Assembly: GCA_014905635.1 (NCBI GenBank)
Contig: JABVCE010000002.1
Coordinates: 2,542,001-2,606,000, forward strand
Length of the DNA: 64,000 nucleotides
Direction of reading: 5' to 3'
DNA from: Scenedesmus sp. PABB004
Lineage: Eukaryota
Shown here: piece by piece, positions 59,535 to 64,000 of the stretch
Numbering within the stretch: position 1 is the stretch's first letter
How the letters are laid out: the number at the start of each line of letters is the position of its first letter
Position numbers and translations under genes: made by a program
Notes under the pieces: model-generated
Database searches by the model: none
The model's input: the letters and a program-made list of their open reading frames with translations, nothing else
Told to the model about the DNA's origin: nothing

Positions 59535-62500
59535 CTACCGCGCGGCGCCCGCCAGCGCGCGCTCCTCCTGCCGCGCGCGCTTGTGCGGCGGCGACCCGCC
59601 GCCGCCGCCGCCGGCCGGCTCCGGCTCGGCCGCCTCCACCGCGGCGTAGAGGTCGTCCAGCACGGCCTCGGCGCTCGGCCCCGCCGCGGCGGCCGCCGCC
59701 GCGGCCGCCGCGGGGTCGTCGTCCGCGCCCTGCGCCTCCAGCTGCTGCTGCTGCTGCTCCTGCTCCCCCGGCGCGTGCTGCTCCGCCGCGGCGCCAGCGC
59801 CGCCGCCCGCCTCGCGCGCGCGGCGCTGCTCCGCCTGCGCGGCCTGCTGCTTCTGCTGCTCCGGCTTGAGGGGGCGCCCGTGGCGGGCCTTGGGCCCCCA
59901 GAATGCGGGGTTTTGCACAAACCGCGTCACGCCGGCCTTGACGCTCTCCGGCACGGCGCCGGGCGCCTTGCGGAAGTCCGCGACCAGCGCCGGCGCCTTG
60001 GCCAGGATCGCCGCGGCGTAGCTGCCCTGCCCGGGCGGCCGCACCGGGTGCGCCGCGACCCAGCAGCGCACGACGTCCCAGACCGCCGCCGGCGGCGCGT
60101 CCGTCTTGAGCGCGAGCGGGCTCGCGTGGCTGCCGCTCACGCGGTAGCCCGCGTTGAGCAGCGCGCTGCGCAGCGTCTCCGCCGGCGGCGGCGAGCAGCG
60201 CACGGTCTTGCAGAGGTCGTGGATGCTGCGGCGGGGCGCGCGGGCGGGGGGGGGGGGGGGTGCGGGCGCGGGGGGCGCGGCCGTCGGCGCGGCGCGGGTC
60301 GCGGGTCGCGGCGCGGCGGCAACGTGTGGTGTGGCGTGCGGCGGCGCGGCGCTCGTCTCACTTGTAATAGAGCGGCACGTCCGGCAGCTCCTCCACGACC
60401 GAGGTGAGGATGCCGCGCAGGCGCGGCCACGCGGCGTAGCGCTCACTCTCGGCCGCCATGTCGCCGAGCAGCCCCGCGACCCACGCCTGGTCGTGCAGCG
60501 GGCGCGCCCAGATGGGGCCGCCCATGAGGAACCCGGCCCCGCTCTCGGGGCACCTGCGGCGGCGGCGGCGCCGGGTGGCGGCGGCGGCGCGCGGCGCGCG
60601 TGAGCGTTGAGGGGCGCGCGCGGGCGGCAAAGGCACACAGCGAAGGCGGCATGCGGCCCGGCGCAGGGTTTAGGGGGGGGGGGGCTGTCAGACAGTACGA
60701 ATACGTATAGATAGTGGTGCGACACGGATGATTCAGATTTTGCCCTATCTGTTCGTCATCAGCCAGGCCCCCCTGGCCCAGTGCGCAGCACAGCGCGCAC
60801 AGCACAAACACAGACCTGGCACCACCACGCACACACGCACGCACGCGGCCGCCCCGCGCCGCCGTTGCTGCTGTCAGTGTACGAATACGGTCCCCATTGT
60901 GGAGTCGGATTGTTGCAGTTGTGGTGTATCTCATCACCCAGCAGCCGCGCGGGGCGGCACGCGGGACACGCACGCACAGGCACGCACGCACGCACAGGCA
61001 CAGGCACGCCAACACGCACGCAGCGCGGGCGCAGGCGCGGGCGCGGCTGCGGCTGCGCCCGCGCCCCACAGCCGCGGCGCCCCGCGCACCGCTCCGGCAC
61101 CACGGGGCCGTGCCCGGGCGTGTGCTTGATGCCGCCGCCCTTCTGCTGCTGGTCGCCGACGGGCTGCAGCCACCAGCTGTCGCAGCCCTGGCTCTGCCAC
61201 ACGTACGCGCGCTTGCTCGCGGAGGCCTTGACCTCGCCGGCAGACGTGAACACGCGCACAAACACCTGCGCGCGCGGCCGCACGGTCGGCGCCCCGGTCA
61301 GCACGCCGCCCCCGCGCCGCGCCGCCGCGCTGCCCTGCTCACACGCCCTCTGCGCACGCGCCGCCGCCGCCGCCGCGGCCGGCGCCGCACCCGGACGTAA
61401 AAGTCCATGTGCACGCTGAGCAGGGGCACCACGTAGCGCTTGTACCGCGCCGCGTGGCTGTCGAGGCAGGACAGCAGGATGCGCACCGCGGCCTCGTGGC
61501 AGTAGGGCCGGTGGATGGGGTAGGAGCCGTACTTGGTCCAGCACACCTGTGTGTGCCCAGTGGGCGGGCGGGGCGTGCAGAGAGGGAGGTGCGGAGAGGG
61601 CGTCAGGCGAGCGCGGCGGTGGGCGGCGGGCGGCGCGAGGGCTGCGTGCGTTGGACGGGTGGGTGCGTTGCTGCGCGTGTGCGCTGTGCGCTGTGCGCGT
61701 GTGTGTGGACCTTGAGTAGGCGCTGGCGGGCAGCGCGGCGCGAGGCCGGCCCGCAGGCCAAAGCAGGTGCAGCTCTGCTGTGCTCAGCCGCGATATTGTG
61801 TCAGCCGGCGGGGGAGCGCCAGTGCACATGCCCAGGGCGGCTGAGGTGGCGCGCGTGCGTGCTTGCGCCGCGCCGCCAGGGCGCCGCTGGGTGGCGGGCG
61901 CCCCGCACGCCGCCCCGCGCGCCGCCGCCGCGTCCGCCGCACCTCGCCGCTGTTGCCGCACAGCACGGCCATGTCTGTCGCTGTGACCGCGAGCAGCCCG
62001 CCCTCCGCCACGCTCTGCACCGCGCTGTCCAGGAACGCGGTCGGCGAGCCATAGGGGTCCAGGTCGACCGCGTGGTACAGCTGGATGGACCGACGCCGAG
62101 CGCGGGCGAGGGGCACGGTGCGGGCGGCGCGTCGGCTGCCGCGCGTGCCGGCGCGCCGGCGACGCGCGCGGGCGGCGGCCGCTGCGGGGCGCCGCGTGCT
62201 GTGGGCGCCACCGCGCGGCGCGGGGCACAGCCCTGCGCGGCTCACCGAGGGGCTCTGCAGCATGAGCAGCCGCGCGTCGGAGCAGGTGGGGTGCACCTTG
62301 GCCGCGCGCGGGCCGTTGGCAGCGATGTTGGCGGCCATGCTCTCCACGACAGACGGGTCGACGTCGTTTGCGTCGATGCGCGTCACGCCCTCCAGCTCGA
62401 GCGCGTACCGGATCGAGCGCAGCCCCGAGGCGGCCAGGCCCTCCAGCACGCGCAGGCCGGGCTGCGCGCGCGCCGGCGGCGGCGGCGGCGCGCGCAACGG

Positions 62501-63575
62501 GCAGGCAAGGCGAGGCGGGTGGGGCGCGCGCGGCGACGGGCGGCGCAAGGGCTGCGTGCATTGGGTGGGTGCGTTGCGTGTGCGCGTGCGCTGTGCGCTG
62601 TGCATGTGTGTGTGGACCTTGAGTAGGCGCTGGCGGGCAGCGCGGCGCGAGGCCGGCCCGCAGGCCAAAGCAGGTGCAGCTCTGCTGTGCTCAGCCGCGA
62701 TATTGTGTCAGCAGGCGGGGGAGCGCCAGTGCACATGCCCAGGGCGGCTGAGGTGGCGCGCGTGCGCGTGGCCTGCGCCCGGCTCGCTGCTCCCAGCTCG
62801 CGGCGCGCCGGCGCTGCTGCCGCCGCCCACCTGCGCGTCGTCCTGCTCCGCCTCTGCCGCCGGCTGCGCGCCCGCCGCGGCCTCGTCGCCCCCGCCGCCG
62901 GCCTTGCCGCGCGCGCGCTTGCCCTTGGCCGCCCGCTCGCGCGCGTCCTTGGGCAGCTTGATCTTGCCGGCCGCAATCTCGGCAGCAAGCTGCGGCAGGA
63001 AGCGGCGCAGCACCGCGACCGAGAGGTCGCGGTTGTTCACCTGGCGCGGCGGGCGGCGGCCGGCGGGCGGCGGCGGGCGCGGCGCGAGGGTCGTGAGCGC
63101 GGGCGGGCGGGCCAGCCGGCGCGCGCGGCGGGGGTCCGGCGTCGGGCGGCGGCGCGCACCTGCGCCTCGTTGTAAAAGACCTCGTTGCCCTTCTTGTGGA
63201 TGCGCGCCGCGCCCTCGCGCAGCCACTCGCCGTCGTCGCCGCCGTTTGCGGCGGCCGCCGCTGCCGCCGGCGCGCTGCGGGCGTGCGGCGTGGCGCGTGG
63301 GCCGGCGGCGGCGAGCAGCTGCGGTGCGCGGTCTGGGCAGCGTGCCGGTCCGGACGCGGCGGCGGGAGCGGGGCGCGGCGCCCGCGTCGCGCGGGGCGGG
63401 CAGCAGCAGGCGCCGCGATGCCCGGCGGCTCCGCGCACCGTGCGCCGCCGGTCTTGGGCATCGTCGCACTGGTCAGTGCGGCCGCTGCGCCGGCTGTCGG
63501 ACGGGCGAGCAGGCCGCCCAGCAGCGCCTGCAGGGAGCTGGCGAGCGCGCCGACGCGGCCGAGGGCGCAGCGCAT
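59535..63575 (-). CDS. TRM1: tRNA (guanine26-N2,N2)-dimethyltransferase
   Basis: EG.A.I...VFYN..Q..NRDLS, LEGLAASGLRSIRYA, DLDPYGSP, TATDMAVLCG, CHEAAVRILL, MGGPIW, GYRVSGSH, KTDAP, NP.FWGPKAR. Confidence 0.95.
60685..60766 (-). ncRNA. Box C/D snoRNA (intronic, TRM1 intron 60554-61089)
   Basis: Minus strand has C box TGATGA (60761-60756), D' CTGA (60736-60733), D CTGA (60691-60688) and a CTG/CAG terminal stem. Guides are antisense to CAGTACGAATACG (LSU rRNA) and TGCCCTATC (SSU rRNA). Confidence 0.85.
60868..60944 (-). ncRNA. Box C/D snoRNA (intronic, same TRM1 intron)
   Basis: C box GTGATGA (60937-60931), D' CCGA (60908-60905), D CTGA (60877-60874) and a CTGCTG/CAGCAG terminal stem. Guides are antisense to GTACGAATACG (LSU) and TTGTTGCAGTT (SSU). 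Confidence 0.85.
61701..61847 (-). ncRNA. Box H/ACA snoRNA, copy 1 (TRM1 intron 61547-61942)
   Basis: Hairpin (CTCAGCCGC/GCGGCTGAG), H box ACAGCA, second hairpin, then ACA. The 3' pocket fits SSU GAGUG-UU-CAAAGCAGG. Confidence 0.75.
62608..62754 (-). ncRNA. Box H/ACA snoRNA, copy 2 (TRM1 intron 62462-62830)
   Basis: Nearly identical to copy 1 (offset 907 bp) while the outer intron flanks differ. Confidence 0.75.
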
Positions 63576-63827
63576 CACCGGCGGCCGGCGCCGGGCGCGG
63601 GGAGAGGGGAGCTGGTCCCCGACGCGCGGCGCGGGCCGCAAGTCCTCCCGCGCTGGTTGTCATTTGCAGTGCCGCAGTGCCGCCGCTCGCGGCGCGCTCG
63701 CGGTCGTGTGCCGCGCGCCAAGATCGCCCGCCAGTGCGCCTGATCTCTTCCTGCACTCCCAGGCACTGACACGCACGCGCCTGGCCGCTGCTGCTGCTGC
63801 TTCCATCGTGCTCGCCTGCCCAGCGCC

Positions 63828-64000
63828 ATGGTGCTCGGCCTGCCCGGCGTGTGGGCGGTGATGGCGGGCCTGGCGAGTGGGAAGCGCGTGGAGAGCCTGG
63901 AGCTGCCGGAGATGCCCAACATGCCGTTCTTGTACTGGCTGGCGGTTGCGGGCGCGCTGTGCAAGCCAAAGTGGACCGACGCCAAGGCCTGGCCGGCCCT
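63828..64000 (+). CDS. Start of an unidentified protein (MVLGLPGVWAVMAGLASGKRVESLELPEMPNMPFLYWLAV...), 3'-partial
   Basis: GCCATGG context, strong GC3 codon bias, open to the window end, divergent from TRM1. Confidence 0.55.
   Translation, partial: MVLGLPGVWAVMAGLASGKRVESLELPEMPNMPFLYWLAVAGALCKPKWTDAKAWPA

Noticed and set aside
61640..62770. Introner-type mobile introns
   Set aside because: Similarity is confined to the intron interior and does not reach the splice sites; H/ACA architecture explains it better.

Overview
This is a gene-dense, very GC-rich, intron-rich nuclear segment of a chlorophycean green alga, judged from TGTAA poly(A) signals, GTGCG/GTGAG donors, CTGAC/CTCAC branch sites, TTTAGGG-type repeats, and HLA3 and NAB1 homologues. 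About 18 spliced protein genes can be reconstructed: an HLA3-like ABCC transporter, two AP2-domain proteins, NRT2, DUF1365, NIPSNAP, a stand-alone CBM45-like protein, a phycodnavirus-like deaminase, thylakoid lumen 15 kDa protein 2, a DHX29-like helicase, GPN1, a CAAX/CPBP protease, NAB1, two tandem RMD1/DUF155 paralogues, a TPR protein, an alkenal reductase and TRM1, plus one partial gene at the right edge. The non-coding signals are the most notable. (1) A ~2 kb array of back-to-back long hairpins (44570-46510) lies between two ~470 bp direct repeats carrying the NAB1 5' end and the RMD1 terminator; it is a candidate polycistronic small-RNA or structured-RNA locus. (2) Four intronic snoRNA candidates (2 C/D, 2 near-identical H/ACA) sit in TRM1, with guides matching rRNA sequence recalled from memory. 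(3) A patchwork of duplicated neighbouring-gene fragments spans 9.4-14.1 kb. (4) GC-AG introns are unusually frequent. (5) Telomere-like tracts in introns show a consistent polarity. Several single-base frameshifts in conserved genes look like assembly errors. All family assignments rest on motif recognition, not database searches.
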